A DNA stretch of 34,264 nucleotides from Folioceros fuciformis (Eukaryota). How positions within the stretch are numbered: the stretch's first letter is position 1; each line of letters opens with the position of its first letter. The position numbers and the translations under genes are program-made. The notes under the pieces were generated by a model. It ran no database searches, was not told where the DNA came from, and saw only the letters and a program-made list of their open reading frames with translations. This document shows positions 1 through 12,300 of the stretch, piece after piece. The DNA lies in the NCBI GenBank assembly GCA_049999805.1, contig JBNGIO010005982.1, forward strand, positions 20,500-54,763. Direction: 5' to 3'.

Positions 1-442
1 TGACGTTCTGGATGGGAAAGCACTTTTGCCCTTGTGCCTACGTCCAATGCAAGAGCAGCGTTAGAACTCATGGACAAGCAGGCAAACGCGCAAGCCACCA
101 ACCTCCGCAACAATGGAAGTCTAAAGTCACGCTTACTGTGGCAGCTGGAGGAGGACCACTACATGCCATCCGGCATGTTCACTTCGATACATTTGTGACC
201 AGGCCGAAGCATTGCACAGGAGAACTCTGAGCTGGTCCCCACGTGGTTGCGCCTGCAGGGAGCAGCTTTCTCAACCGAGCACTTCCAGCATCTGGGCAGC
301 AGTCAGAGTCCGTGATAGGCGATGCTTGACACTACACACACAAGCATCTCGAGAGCCGGCCTAACGACTCTGACTCACATCTGCGCTGCGTCTCCTTGGC
401 CCTCGCTTTGTCTAGTTGCCTGTATCTTCGTCCCAGCAACAA

Positions 443-2074
443 TTAGTTTACTTTGCGTGCCATAGCTCGCATTTGTGTCATGGGATCGTCAAAGTGGACC
501 TTCTTCAGTCTGTATGCTTCCATGTCCTCAGCAGTGACCTCGTCATTGTGGGTCACATTATACTTCCTCTTCCTCTCATCCTTTTCTTCTTTTAACCTGT
601 CATCCTCCTTCTTCAATGCATCCTTCAGCTTTTTCCTGTCGAGAGGCAGATCATCTGGCACATCTGTGCCCCATGATGCTAGGTTCTTTTCCTCTTTCGC
701 CACAGGCTTCTCCTGAACAGCCTCTTTGCGGGCAATGTTAGTTCGCATCAATTCGGCTGAAGCCTCTGCAGCTTCAATTCCTGCCTGTCCAGTACAGTAG
801 CTGTTCCGAAGAAACTGCTTACAACACTTGTAGCCCCACTGATTTTCTTTCCACCATGAACCCCAGACTGTGGTGTGGTTATTGATGAACACATCCTCTT
901 CGTACTTGCTCTTGGGTACAGCTTTCTCCTGACCCTTGACGATGCGACCTGCTCTATCGTACTCTATCTGCATCTCTGTCTGTCCCAGCAATAGCTCCAT
1001 GGGAGGTTTCTCCTGCGAGGCTGCGTTACCATACTTATCCATGATGTCGTCCTTGACCCTGGATTTCAGTTTCTCTTTCTTGATCTTGAATTCCCTATGG
1101 AGCAACTCTGCCTGAGACGGCGCCGCTTGCAAATGGATATCCTGCCCTTTCTCGTATGCCTCCCAGGCATGGATGTTGAGCTGCTTAAATTCCTGGGCCT
1201 GCCCGCTGATCCTGTTCTGGTTGTCTCCAGCGTAGAACTTCTCATTGGGATCACTGTCCGGCAATGGATCCTCCCTCATGGATCGGGTCTTCGGGTCATA
1301 GTGAGCCGAATTGGTATCAAGATTGAGGAGGTACTTAGCAGTGTCCTCCCGAATCCTAAGATTACGCACAGTTCCAGTGCTCCCTCCTCCAGTCGTCCGC
1401 ACACGCTTCTCCACCTTGGCAAAATCCATCTGCTCGCTTTCATCCACCTTGGCCTCGTCCACTTCCAGATCCTCGTCCTCTTCCTCGTCATCATCAGTGT
1501 CCTTCCCTTCCTGCTCCCCCACGCTCTTCTTGTCCGCCAGCTTCTTCAGCTGCTGTTCCTTCTGATACTTCCTCCTAGCCTCTTCCTTCATCTCATACGA
1601 GTCTATGACCCTAGCGTACGTCCCGGAATCGTATCCATTCCAGCGATCCCGCTTCCCGTCATAATCCAACTCAAAGGACTCCACCTTCTCATCGGGGGCA
1701 ATATACTTGTTAGTCCACTTGGCGCCGAACTTACGGGGCCTTTCCATACACATCTTGGACTCATGAGTCATGGCTCCACAATTTGCGCACGCCCCTTTCC
1801 TGTATTTGCTAGCCTGGAAAATCTTGGCACCTCGGTCATACCAGTCCTTGGTGTAATTCGGGTCCGACTTCCACTTCTTCTGATGCTTCAAACTTGGTTT
1901 CTCGGAATTGAGATACCAGGGCGCAGAGGACATGTACTGCGGAATGTGGGGATTGATCTCCTTGCCATCTTCATCGACCTCGGCTGGGGCAAGCCCAGCT
2001 TTCCGAGCCTCCTCTAACTCTAACTGCTTCCTGTGATCCTCCCTGGACTTGAACGCCGCCGATGCGGTCGCCAT
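443..2074 (-). CDS. SLU7: Pre-mRNA splicing factor SLU7 (SMP1/2-like), single exon, 543 aa
   Basis: Continuous ORF from ATG at 2074 (the track extends it to a TTG at 2086). Hallmark motifs: EINPHIPQYMSSAPWY, zinc knuckle CANCGAMTHESKMC, LDYDGKRDRWNGYD, VRNLRIREDTAKYLLNLD, VWGSWW...WGYKCC. Confidence 0.96.
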   Translation of the reverse strand: MATASAAFKSREDHRKQLELEEARKAGLAPAEVDEDGKEINPHIPQYMSSAPWYLNSEKPSLKHQKKWKSDPNYTKDWYDRGAKIFQASKYRKGACANCGAMTHESKMCMERPRKFGAKWTNKYIAPDEKVESFELDYDGKRDRWNGYDSGTYARVIDSYEMKEEARRKYQKEQQLKKLADKKSVGEQEGKDTDDDEEEDEDLEVDEAKVDESEQMDFAKVEKRVRTTGGGSTGTVRNLRIREDTAKYLLNLDTNSAHYDPKTRSMREDPLPDSDPNEKFYAGDNQNRISGQAQEFKQLNIHAWEAYEKGQDIHLQAAPSQAELLHREFKIKKEKLKSRVKDDIMDKYGNAASQEKPPMELLLGQTEMQIEYDRAGRIVKGQEKAVPKSKYEEDVFINNHTTVWGSWWKENQWGYKCCKQFLRNSYCTGQAGIEAAEASAELMRTNIARKEAVQEKPVAKEEKNLASWGTDVPDDLPLDRKKLKDALKKEDDRLKEEKDERKRKYNVTHNDEVTAEDMEAYRLKKVHFDDPMTQMRAMARKVN

Positions 2075-2291
2075 GCCTGCTCGCAAGCTCCCTCACCTTT
2101 CACCAATCCACTACCGGCCTAAAATCCTCTCATCAACGTTTTGTTTTGAAGTACCCCTTATAGTTCTACGGTACTCTCGAGCTCAGCGCAAGAGGGCCGA
2201 AGAGGAACGAGAGCAAGTGGCCCAAAAACAAAAGACCTAATAACCGAACTCGAGCCTAGAGAGCTAGCCTCTACAAGGTCTTATCACAATT

Positions 2292-2404
2292 TATATATAT
2301 ATATNNNNNNNNNNNNNNNNNNNNNNNNNNNNNNNNNNNNNNNNNNNNNNNNNNNNNNNNNNNNNNNNNNNNNNNNNNNNNNNNNNNNNNNNNNNNNNNN
2401 NNNN
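2292..2404. repeat. (TA)n microsatellite running into a 100-N scaffold gap (2305-2404)
   Basis: tatatatatatat directly precedes the N run; a T-rich tract follows the gap (about 2439-2510). Confidence 0.9.
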
Positions 2405-3930
2405 GCCTAGTCTTTGTTGGACCTGGGCCTATGTAGTGTCTTTTTTTCTTTTTCTTTTTCTTTTTTTTCTTTTTTTTTCCCTTTGTTATTTTTTTTCCTT
2501 TATTTTTTTTCTGTGTTTCTACTTATCATCTAAAGATAAAATATATAAATTTAGGATATAAAATTTCTTTTACTTTTATATAAACCTATGGGACATAAGA
2601 GGATTTACATGGGTTATAGAAGTTTAATTTAAAACATAATTTATGTATATACTTTTATTAAAATTAAAAATTTTAAAACTTCAATAAAAACTTGTCAAAT
2701 ACATAACTATAGTACCTATAGTAATTTGGGTTAAGATCTGTTTTTCTTTGGTGTGTGATAAAGGTATGACATATACAAGTCTACTGTTCGATCTTCACGT
2801 TCATTTACTATAATAGCATTAGGTTTGGTGTGATTTATATAGGACATAAAAATGTTCATGGTTCTTCCTTCCCTAGTTAATGCTTCATCTATTTCTCTTT
2901 TATTTTTTTTCTATAATTTTTTTTTATATTACTATCAAATTGTGACAATGCTAATGGTAGAAGATTGATACCAAAATACTTAAGGTATAGACGTGAATCA
3001 TCTTTTTGAATATCTTGTTTGATCTTGGTTTCTTTTATATTCCCATCATCACCATATTTTATATCTTTATTTCGATGAAGTACCTACCATCTTGAAAGAA
3101 TTTGGTTACCAACTATAACATAAAATTATATTTCTCCCTAAAATTATATATAATTTTTACTTATATGTATAATATGCAAATGCAATTACGTTACACCATT
3201 CCTTCATCAAAGAAGGCATAATACGTGTCTCATAACATCAATTAGATATAAGAAGAACACTTAATTATTGATATAGATATTTTAGAATAAAACAAAAAAA
3301 TCAATCAGCTATGTATATAGATGTATATCCCTATTATAGACAATGAATAGATTTTTTTCATATCCTTATGCAAGATTGCAGTAAATATAGATATGATAGT
3401 ATGTTTAAAATTTATAGGTGTACATTGAAGCGTATTTCCTTGTATCCTCCTGTAAGATCATAGGAAACAAGATATTATTAAAAAGATTAATGTGTTACTT
3501 GTATGCATTAATACACTTACTAGAAACATAAGATTTTTCATATGGTTTCTATGAGGCCATGAAAGATAAATAATTTACATTTTAAAAATAATAAAGAGAA
3601 GGATGTCGGTTTCACTCCTAGCTTAACAATAACTTTGCAAGTTGCTTTTTGACAATAATGCTTTATTGCCTATTCTGGAATGGATTAGGGATGAAGCGTT
3701 TCATTTCAATGGCTACACCTAGAGCTTGTACTTAGGTTGAAGGATATAAAATGAGATAATTTGGTCATAGCTACACCTAGAGCTTGTACTTAGGTTGAAG
3801 GAGATAAAATGAGATAATTTGGTCATAGTTTAGCGTGATGAATTCTATTGCCTCCTTCAAGAAAGGAAGGTTAGTATAACAAAAAAGGAAGTTTTGGTAG
3901 CCACCAATAGATCTCAAGTGCACCACAAGA
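2405..3930. other. AT-rich, CpG-poor island with no long ORF; probably a decayed repeat or TE
   Basis: Sharp compositional shift relative to the roughly balanced GC of the flanking genes; no ORF-track entry between 2240 and 3932. No domain recognised. Confidence 0.4.
3712..3827. repeat. 58-bp direct tandem duplication (2 copies, 1 mismatch)
   Basis: gctacacctagagcttgtacttaggttgaagga(t/g)ataaaatgagataatttggtcata at 3712-3769 and 3770-3827. Confidence 0.9.
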
Positions 3931-4513
3931 GCTATAAGCTGAGGTGATGTGATGGGTAGTAAATTTTAGGGAGCATTGCTGCTGGTGATGACACTCTCTC
4001 ATATCCCCTTGGTTGCTCGTGCTTTTGCCGAACTTGGGTTTGGGCTATGGGTGTTGTAGAGTGAAGGTGGTCTAGTGTTGAAAGAACTGCCCCCTTAGCC
4101 CAAACAATGGTGGCTTCTTTAGGTTCCACTTTTAGTGGAGTAAAGCTTTGGTGACCTTTGAATCTTATCCCGTTGGTTACGTACTTGGATTCAATCTTGG
4201 GTGGCAGATTGGCTTTGCACTCCAAGGTGACCTTTGAGTCTTCCCCCACTGTCGACTGTGGAAAGGTGGACAGGTAGGCCTGATGCTGTGTAATGTGTTC
4301 GCAACTTGCAAGGATTCTTGGGATCTTGCACCATGCACTCTTAGGTGAGCCTGTCTTGTCAGTTTGTCTTCGATGAGCCACCTGCTTGGAAATCGTGTTA
4401 CGATCTGACTTCTGTCAAATGAGTCCGGGATCGAGTGGGATCCGACTAAGAGCGAAAGACGCCGAAGTACGACGCAAAGATAATTGATTGCGGAGTAGGA
4501 AAAACCAAACGAT

Positions 4514-5131
4514 ATGGCGCCGAAGCAGAAAGATAGCAAGGAGGGGAAATCTGGCAGCAAAGAACTGGTAGCAGAGGGCAAGGGGCTCGGTAGCAAAATT
4601 GTTCAGAGTGCCACAGTAGATGCCCAAAAAGGCGCCAAGAGCGCTGCACCTAAGAAGGAGCAGGGGGAGCAGTTAGAGCAGGCAGGCACAGTGATAGACT
4701 ATTTGATGGACAATGTGGAGGAGCATATCCAAGATGGCGACCTGTACCCGCGCTACGTAGCCCACGCTGTATGCGTGACCGTCGCGCAGATGGTGAATAT
4801 GCTGTGTGTGGCACCTGTCAACAGGATTGAGCATTGGAACTCCGTCTGCGAGGGCAGGGTGCCATCGGAATGGGAGTGTGACCCCGAGCCTTCCTTGCCT
4901 GAAATTGATTCCTGGGCTCGGTCTGCTATCCCCTTGCTGGGAGAGAGGCTTGACGATGAAGAACGCAGTGCGTTGGTGGCGTGCAACAAGCCAGTGACCA
5001 AGCCTGACCGTAGAGGCACGGCTGGAGACTCTGGCTGGGGCAAGCTCTTCCAGGGCGCTGATCCTCTGCCCAAGCCCAGGGCTTCCAGCACTGGAACTCC
5101 TGATTTGGAGCAGCCCAGACAAACGCTCTGA
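4514..5131 (+). CDS. Uncharacterised 205-aa protein with a C2orf81/DUF4639-like motif
   Basis: ATG in good context (gatATGG), K-rich N-terminus, then a predicted helix (YVAHAVCVTVAQMVNML) and WECDPEPSLPEIDSWARSAIP. This resembles my recollection of the W-x2-(D/E)-x-EP-x4-5-DSWA-x2-(S/A)(V/I)P motif of C2orf81-family proteins. Confidence 0.65.
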   Translation: MAPKQKDSKEGKSGSKELVAEGKGLGSKIVQSATVDAQKGAKSAAPKKEQGEQLEQAGTVIDYLMDNVEEHIQDGDLYPRYVAHAVCVTVAQMVNMLCVAPVNRIEHWNSVCEGRVPSEWECDPEPSLPEIDSWARSAIPLLGERLDDEERSALVACNKPVTKPDRRGTAGDSGWGKLFQGADPLPKPRASSTGTPDLEQPRQTL

Positions 5132-5991
5132 CCTCGAAATTTGGGTGAGTATCGAGATTCAAATGAACAGTGGGAGCTAGCTGAAGGGCTTCCTGCCCCA
5201 GGCCCTGCTGGGAATCTCTGTAAGCGGGTCCACGATTTTGTGCATGGGCACTGACAAACCCAAGACGAAGTAAGGGTGAGAGGCGTGCTTTCCAACTGTT
5301 TTCGCCTTGCTGCCTCTGCCTCACGCATGCCGCCTCATGCTTGTAAGCCATCAGGGATCCTGTAAAATGCGTCCCAGCTCCTGGCCATGTCCCAAGCACA
5401 TCTGGGCCCCAAGCCGTCTCTTTCATGACCGGACAATTGCAGCGTTGAACGTTTTTCACTTCCAAATGCTGCACCACGCTCCGAATTACGGTCTCTCAGA
5501 GCCTGCCTCACTCACTCTTCCCTCACAAGAAAGCACATCGACTTCAGATATCATCACGCTACAACGCTTCCCATCTGGCCCACTGCTCCACCCAAGGCAG
5601 AAAAGATTGTTCTTCAGCTGAAGGATATGATCATGCTGAGAGCCATGAAGGAATCGACACCACGAGGCGTACATGCTGCTACTTGTATACTTACGATCGC
5701 ACCCAAGCGTGACGCTGAGGCCTCCGATCGCCGCCTTCCCCTGGGACAGGGGTGAGGGCGTGATTCGGTACCTGCCCTCCTCCCAGCTCACAAGCTTGAC
5801 GTACAAGTGCCTGGCGAGAGTGACTAGGCTTGATGGCCATCACGGCCTCGTCTTGGTTCACCACTGCAATCTTCACACTGGGGATAACCAGAGACGGATG
5901 TGAGGAGCGTTTTGCAAGATTTGGCGGCATCATTCTTCTTTCGACGAACAGTTTGGCACCGCCGATCTGACTGATCTTTGGTGCACTAGAA

Positions 5992-6064
5992 ACTGGGCTT
6001 TGTAGCAGTTGTCTGTACAGTAGACAAGACTGGGCTTTGCAGCAGTTGTCTGTACAGTAAACAA
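5992..6064. repeat. 37-bp tandem duplication (2 copies) upstream of the DDB1-like gene
   Basis: actgggctttg(t/c)agcagttgtctgtacagta(g/a)acaa at 5992 and 6029. Confidence 0.85.
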
Positions 6065-6305
6065 CCTCCTGGCGGTCCAAGTTCTGCAGTTTCATAGTTT
6101 CGAGCGGCTTCGTGCGTAACTGTAACAGTTCTGGGACCGTCGACTTCGTTGTGGGTTCAAGGCAACGCTGTGGTCTCGTATTCACTGTCTGTGCGAGTCT
6201 GTTGTCCACCAGCGTTTCTGTTCTGCAGTCTGTTGCTCTTGAAAATCAATTATCAAGAGGCTTGCCAATTGAGAGAGGCTGAACTCACTCACTACGTGTG
6301 GCAAG

Positions 6306-9300
6306 ATGCTGGACTACCGCATATTGCAAACAGCCAACCTTGTCTCAGCTGTGGCAGTAGGGCACATAACTAGTCGTCTTGCTTACCAATTTGTGATGCT
6401 TAAGAAGGTAATGCACAGGATTGGAACCTGACAGCATTTGATCGCTTTCTACCACAAACAAGAAACTGTAGCAATGCATGTGCTTTCTAGTTCCTCTCAG
6501 GAGCTAATTGAGGTATGGGAGGTGGATGCTTCGCGACAAAGGAAGGCTTTATCAGCTAGCATGAAGTGTGCCTTAGTTGACTGTGCTATCCTCCAAGCCC
6601 CATTCGTGGAAGCATCGGCTGTGAATGCTGAACATCTGAATCTTGACTTGCTGCTGGTGATTTGATCGGTCGAATGATTTTTTCAGGAAGTAGGTCTGCA
6701 GCTGTCCATGTTCTGCGGACTTTGACACAATAGTCTGTCACCACAGGTACTGGATATCCAGGGAAGATTATCTGTCCTTGGATGGGACGGTTCGACAGGT
6801 CTAAGACAGAGCTGTGGTGGGGTACAGGTAGAGAATCATAGCACTGTGACTACTTTGCACTCACGTGCATTGTTCTCTCGTGCCTTGATACTTTCCAAGG
6901 AAGGTACCGCATGTTCGTCGTATGGAAAGGGAGCACGATCATCTGGTTGCAAGGACAGGGGCCTTGAGGTACCCTCTGTGTTTTTCGGCCAGATGTAACC
7001 AACCCACCTGATTCTAGTCACACATTTTTCTTAGGGGGACTATGTGCTCCACGGTTGTCCTGTCAGAATTCACAATGCTTTAGCCTTTCAGGTCCAGCTT
7101 GGAGGTATTACGTTGGTTGGATTTTCCCATGATGCAACTTCGCTTCAAGTTCTGGTGGTTGAGTGGACAAGCGTAGGAGATGCCGAACAAAGTGTTACAT
7201 CCATTTCTAGAGCACGTGTGGCTACATGGGCTGTATGTCTTAATCTTGTGGAAATGATGCAATGCCTTATAGCTCCAAACACGTCCGAGGTTTTGGTCCT
7301 CAAAGCCTCTGCCCATACTCCAAGATTTTGTTCCAATTTCACATCCTCTTTACTTACCATCCTCTCTTCACCTATGCAGGGTCCAAGGAGCAATGCCATT
7401 ATCTTGGACGTAGCTTTCATAGGTTCTACTATAAGCAACACTGGGAGCCCTGGAAGCGTTGTGGACAGCAAGGGGCGCCCCTTGATTGGCATCTTGTCAG
7501 CTGATCATGGAAGACTTTACCCCCTATCCTCAGGTCGACTCTGGACTTGTGCTTGGGGTTGGATTTCCTTCCCACACATAGGAGGCACCTTGGAAACTGC
7601 AGTAAACGCCAGGTGGTCCCTTGTTTGAGCTCAGGCTGTGCTCACCAACCTCTGTCGGTTCAATGCTTTGCGCTGGAGTTGAGTACGATGGAAATTGTGC
7701 AAGGTCCTTGGAAAATGAGGTTCGTATGAGAAAATAAATAAATTACTCGGTTCACTTGCACGTAAGATGGCTGGTTTGTTTTTCACTTACGAGACGTTGT
7801 TCGATGTGAACCCAGCAACTTGCACCCAACCACAACTTTCCTACTACCCTGGTTCTATCAGAGTACAAGAGAATCTTTGGAGATGTGCCAGGACGATGAG
7901 GCTCCAGTAGATACGGGATTGGAACCTGGTTTAGGGATTCTGCTAATTTCCAGTACTAGCCTCTTCTTTATTGAGTCTACTGGACGCCGAATGTCTCTCG
8001 CTGTGTCTCTGGAGGGTCTGCCCACATGCTATGATTCATTGAATGAGCAGCGCCTGGTGAGAGACTGTTTGGCTACTGAAGCTCTTGTGTTCCTTAGTGG
8101 AATGAAAAAATGTCCATATGTACCAGTCTAAAGTCAAAGTTTTTCTAATGGGTATCGATTTGGAGTTGGTTCATAAAGATAATCGGTGACAGCTCTGGGA
8201 CATTGCACATTTTTGACCTAAGTGAGTGGCACAACCATCAAATGCAGCGAATTACTTTCGAGGCATCTCCATCTGCCGCAAGGGTACTTGTTTTTCTTTA
8301 TGTAAAGTGGTTCTGGATGATAAAGGATTCAGAGAGTAGATGCTCGAACATTCCTGTTGCCGTTTGAGTGGATGCGTGAATCTTGACAGATAGTCAAAGA
8401 CATTCAACTATCGCCCAGAAACGGTGAGAACTTGGCAAAGAGGGATAGATTATTCTATCTGTGCAACTTCCTTGGGAAATCCGATGTCTACACTTTACAT
8501 TCCAGTCTTGAGAAATCGCCTCCTGCTTCTGAGGAATCACGGCCCAGCATATCTGTACCTAGAGAAGATTCAATGGGAAGCACTTTGTCATCAGGATTTT
8601 CTGCTATAACCTGGACAGCAAAGAAGCTAGTGGTGGAGGCTTCATTTCTACAGACTATAGCTCCTGTTAAGGATGCACTTTCTGTTTCAGTCGGTAGTTG
8701 TGACACAGGTCTGAATTTGTTAGTCGTTACTGGTTCAGCTCCAACATCTAAGTTACAGAGGTATGGTTTTTCTGAGCCGTCATATGAAGGAAAGGTTGAA
8801 GTCAGTTCTAGGACGAAGCTAACTTGCTTGTTGTTTCTCCAAGGGGCGATTTGGCAGTCGTTTTTATTGAGGATGATCAGATGGATCTCCATGTGATTTA
8901 CTTACGATTGTCTTTACTCGTTGATTCCTTGGACATGCTTCCGTCCGCTTAATTAGAATCCTTCATTTCGCTCTAAAATCTCCTTTTGCTACTACAGATA
9001 CCTGGGCTACCACTGCTGTTGCCATTCAAAATACGATGGGAGTCCGCATCTGATACTCACCTTCTGGTTTCATATCCTGTTCAGGTACCTCAGCTGCTCT
9101 GCTGACGGAAATCTTTTTTTTGTTTTGTTTTGTACATAACGGTTTCCTGAATCAATATTTCATGTCTGCACTTGTGCTTGCTGTAGAATGTCAGCTCTGT
9201 CATCGCGTTGGCCCCAAACGATGCACCAAATCCAATGCTCGATGCTATTGATCGATGTTGCAGTACTCTTGCTATTGCCCTATTCCAGGGGGATTTACTA

Positions 9301-12300
9301 GTTCAGGTGCGTAAGCTGAAAGTTGTTTATGGTGTTTGTGCTCTCAATTTTTTGTGAGGCTCGATCAATGGTTGTGCAAATCGTGATGAAAAAGGCAACT
9401 CGGGCCTCTGTGAGAGTGTTGAGTGTCTCTGGATGGAGAGTTTTCAAAGCAGAATGGACACCGCCAAAAGACAACAACCTAGATGTTATGCGACAGAATA
9501 ACTTGAGCCATGCTGCCTTTGGATCTGATGGAGCAGCTTTGGCAAGAGGTCAAGTGGTATATGCTTTGCAGCTGGATAGAACTGGGGGAATGCCTCACAC
9601 TACTGCTATTAGCCATAGGCCTCAACAGGTGAATTTGTCAACGTACATAACTGCGAAGGCTATCTTAGACCCAAAACACTGAGTGACAATATTTCAAACA
9701 TCATACGCTTCGACAACACATTTATTCATCCATCCTGATGTCAATCGTGAAATCATACAGGTATCTGCCTTATCGATCTTCACTCTGAAAGGTTCTTCTC
9801 CGGTGATAGTTGTTATTCTAGGTCTATGGATGACCAACACCGTGATGATCTTATCATGGCCATTGCTGGTGAGCTTTTTTCATGCTCTGCAACGTTCTTT
9901 CCCATATATTTACCATGTTTTGCTCAGGGAGTTTTTTGACATGCCAATCGTATGTTTCAGGATGATCTTTCTTGCATTTGCACTGATGGAGGTCCTATCC
10001 GCTCACTTTCGGGGGCAACTTTTCGAGACAACCATTACGTCTGTGCAGGAACAGCCGATGGGTTTCTCATGTGCTACAAGCTGACAACAAGTTGCAGCAC
10101 TGATAAGTCGAAGTGTTCGGATGATCGTCAATTCAAGGATAACACTGAAGGGTGCCAAAAGAGTACCTTCAATTGGTCCATCGTCAGCGGACAGAGACTG
10201 AAAACTGGCAACTGTGAAACGAAGTTGATGTTTGGCAGTTTTGGCAAGCAGGGAGATCGGTTCTCTGCTGAAGTTGACCAGACAGACTGCCTTATCGTTC
10301 ACAGTGATGAGCTGCTGGTACTGTTGCTGCCTGAAAAACAACAGAATCTTCAGGCTGTGACCGTTCATGACCTAGCCTATCCTTACAGGTCTTTAGCCAG
10401 GTTTGACGAATCCTTCCCCCACAAGTTTGCTTGTCAATAAGCTAAACTTGCTTCAAAGCATCGTTATGTAACCATCAAGGTTCCTGTCCTCATCATAATA
10501 TCTCTCGATAAAGAGAGGGTACTGTTTCTACACTTCAGGCTCCAACTGAATCTGTCACATCGTTTTGATGACCAACGTGTTCTTACTCAGATTTCAAGTC
10601 AATGGTCAGAATAGCGCTCTTGTGTTGCTAACTACTGATGGGCAGCTTGTGTTTGGCCACCTGGACATGCATGTATCTTTAAGGTTAATGGTGTGTGCCG
10701 TGGTACTGCAATTGTGTGATTCTGGCAGACGTGCGTATGCAAGAGTAATCTTTGAAGGTTTTTTTATAAGGTTCTCCTTTGGCCTGCAGATGGAGGGCAA
10801 GCACGTTGCCAGGTTCTGCAGGACAGCTTGCATACCACTCCACGAGCAATTGTACTATCGTCAGCAGCATGGTACGTTAGATTCTTGTAAAGCCTCCATC
10901 TGGCCATTTGCTGGATATCTGATTTTCGACTAAGGATCTGCAGGAGGAATCAGGTGCATCAACCCTCGCAATATTTCAGCTTCCTTCCATGTCCCAGGTA
11001 TAGGATAAGTGACTGAGGATGTAGTCCCTATTTTTGGTAAAAGTGGAGAGCATCATTGGAATGAAGTGGAAGAATCTTATGGTTACGAACTGAGCCAACC
11101 GGGTTACATTCAGGTGCTAGGCCTGGACCTTGGGAACTCTCTTCATCTAATTCTTCTGAAGGTTGTAAAGTTGCCTTCCTTGTTCAACGAGGTGATAGCT
11201 CCTCTCTCTTCTGTAACCTTTCATGGTGCTCTCGGACTGTTTGCTGAAGATTCTTTGTTGTAACAAAGGTGAATTTGTCTCATGATGCATGTCGACTTTC
11301 GCAGGAGGTGATCTGGAAGGAATACCTCATTCTTGTGTGTGAGCAAGTGAATCATTCAGCGGGACACCTTTTTCTCTTTGACCTCCGTGTATCCAAACCG
11401 GGTAAGTATCTTCAGGGCCCCTTGCTTGCATCGATGCAAGTTCTCACGGAGTACTAACCGATCATGATCCAACCTTTCCCTCAGCGGACGGAGAAACACA
11501 GTATGAAATGACGTTTCTTGGTAAACATGGCGTCGATCTCCCTTGCTACTCGATGTGTGTCTTGAATCTTCCTGAAGATTTCTCGTACAATGGCAACCGT
11601 TGCTCAACTGAGCAAGGCCACCGAATGAAACTGCTTCATGAAGATCGTAGCAGGTGAACATGCAGGCAGAACTTCGATGATGTGCTAGATCTTTCCTCAC
11701 TTCAGTTGCTTTCGTGACAGTTATAATTTTTGGACAGAGAGTTGATCGAAAGGGTACAAAGTGCTGCCATCTTAGCTGTGGGAAGTAAAGGCAGAGTGCA
11801 GCTTCTGTCATGCTTCGTTGCACACACCGGCGTTTCTCTCTCTCTACTGGCAGCACTTTCAGGAGCTCTGGATGCAGCTCTTCCATCTCCAGACGGTACG
11901 TTCGCAAAATGAAGATAAGAGACGTGTTACTTGGGAGGCTCAAAATGACATGACCTTTTCTGTTTACTGGACATGTTGTCAGCTTATGTCGAACAGCTTC
12001 ATGAGGCCGTGGACAAAGATGAACCAAGCAGTGCTACAGACTTTTGGGAAGGGTGTGAAGCAACAGAGCCACCTTTCTTACATCCATCGAAGAGCAAAAC
12101 CTGCCTCATGAATCTTCAGCACATTGTGACCTTCTCAACCACAGGAGGCGGCTACGTGACAGAATTGATACCTGGGTTTGAAGCAACATTAACGGTCGGC
12201 TGGCAACCATGGCCAAACTCCTTCAAGCCTGTGAGGACCGACCGTCCCTTCCTCTAATGGTGTTCACGCGTTGGCAGGTAGTGGAATACCTGCACGGAGT

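Noticed and set aside
1-440. Possible 3' exons of an upstream plus-strand gene
   Set aside because: Only short open frames with no recognisable homology; the region could equally be the SLU7 3' UTR.
1097-2017. 306-aa plus-strand ORF
   Set aside because: Antisense shadow of the SLU7 CDS with no recognisable motifs.
3932-4381. 149-aa minus-strand ORF
   Set aside because: No recognisable domain, and it lies at the edge of a decayed AT-rich region.
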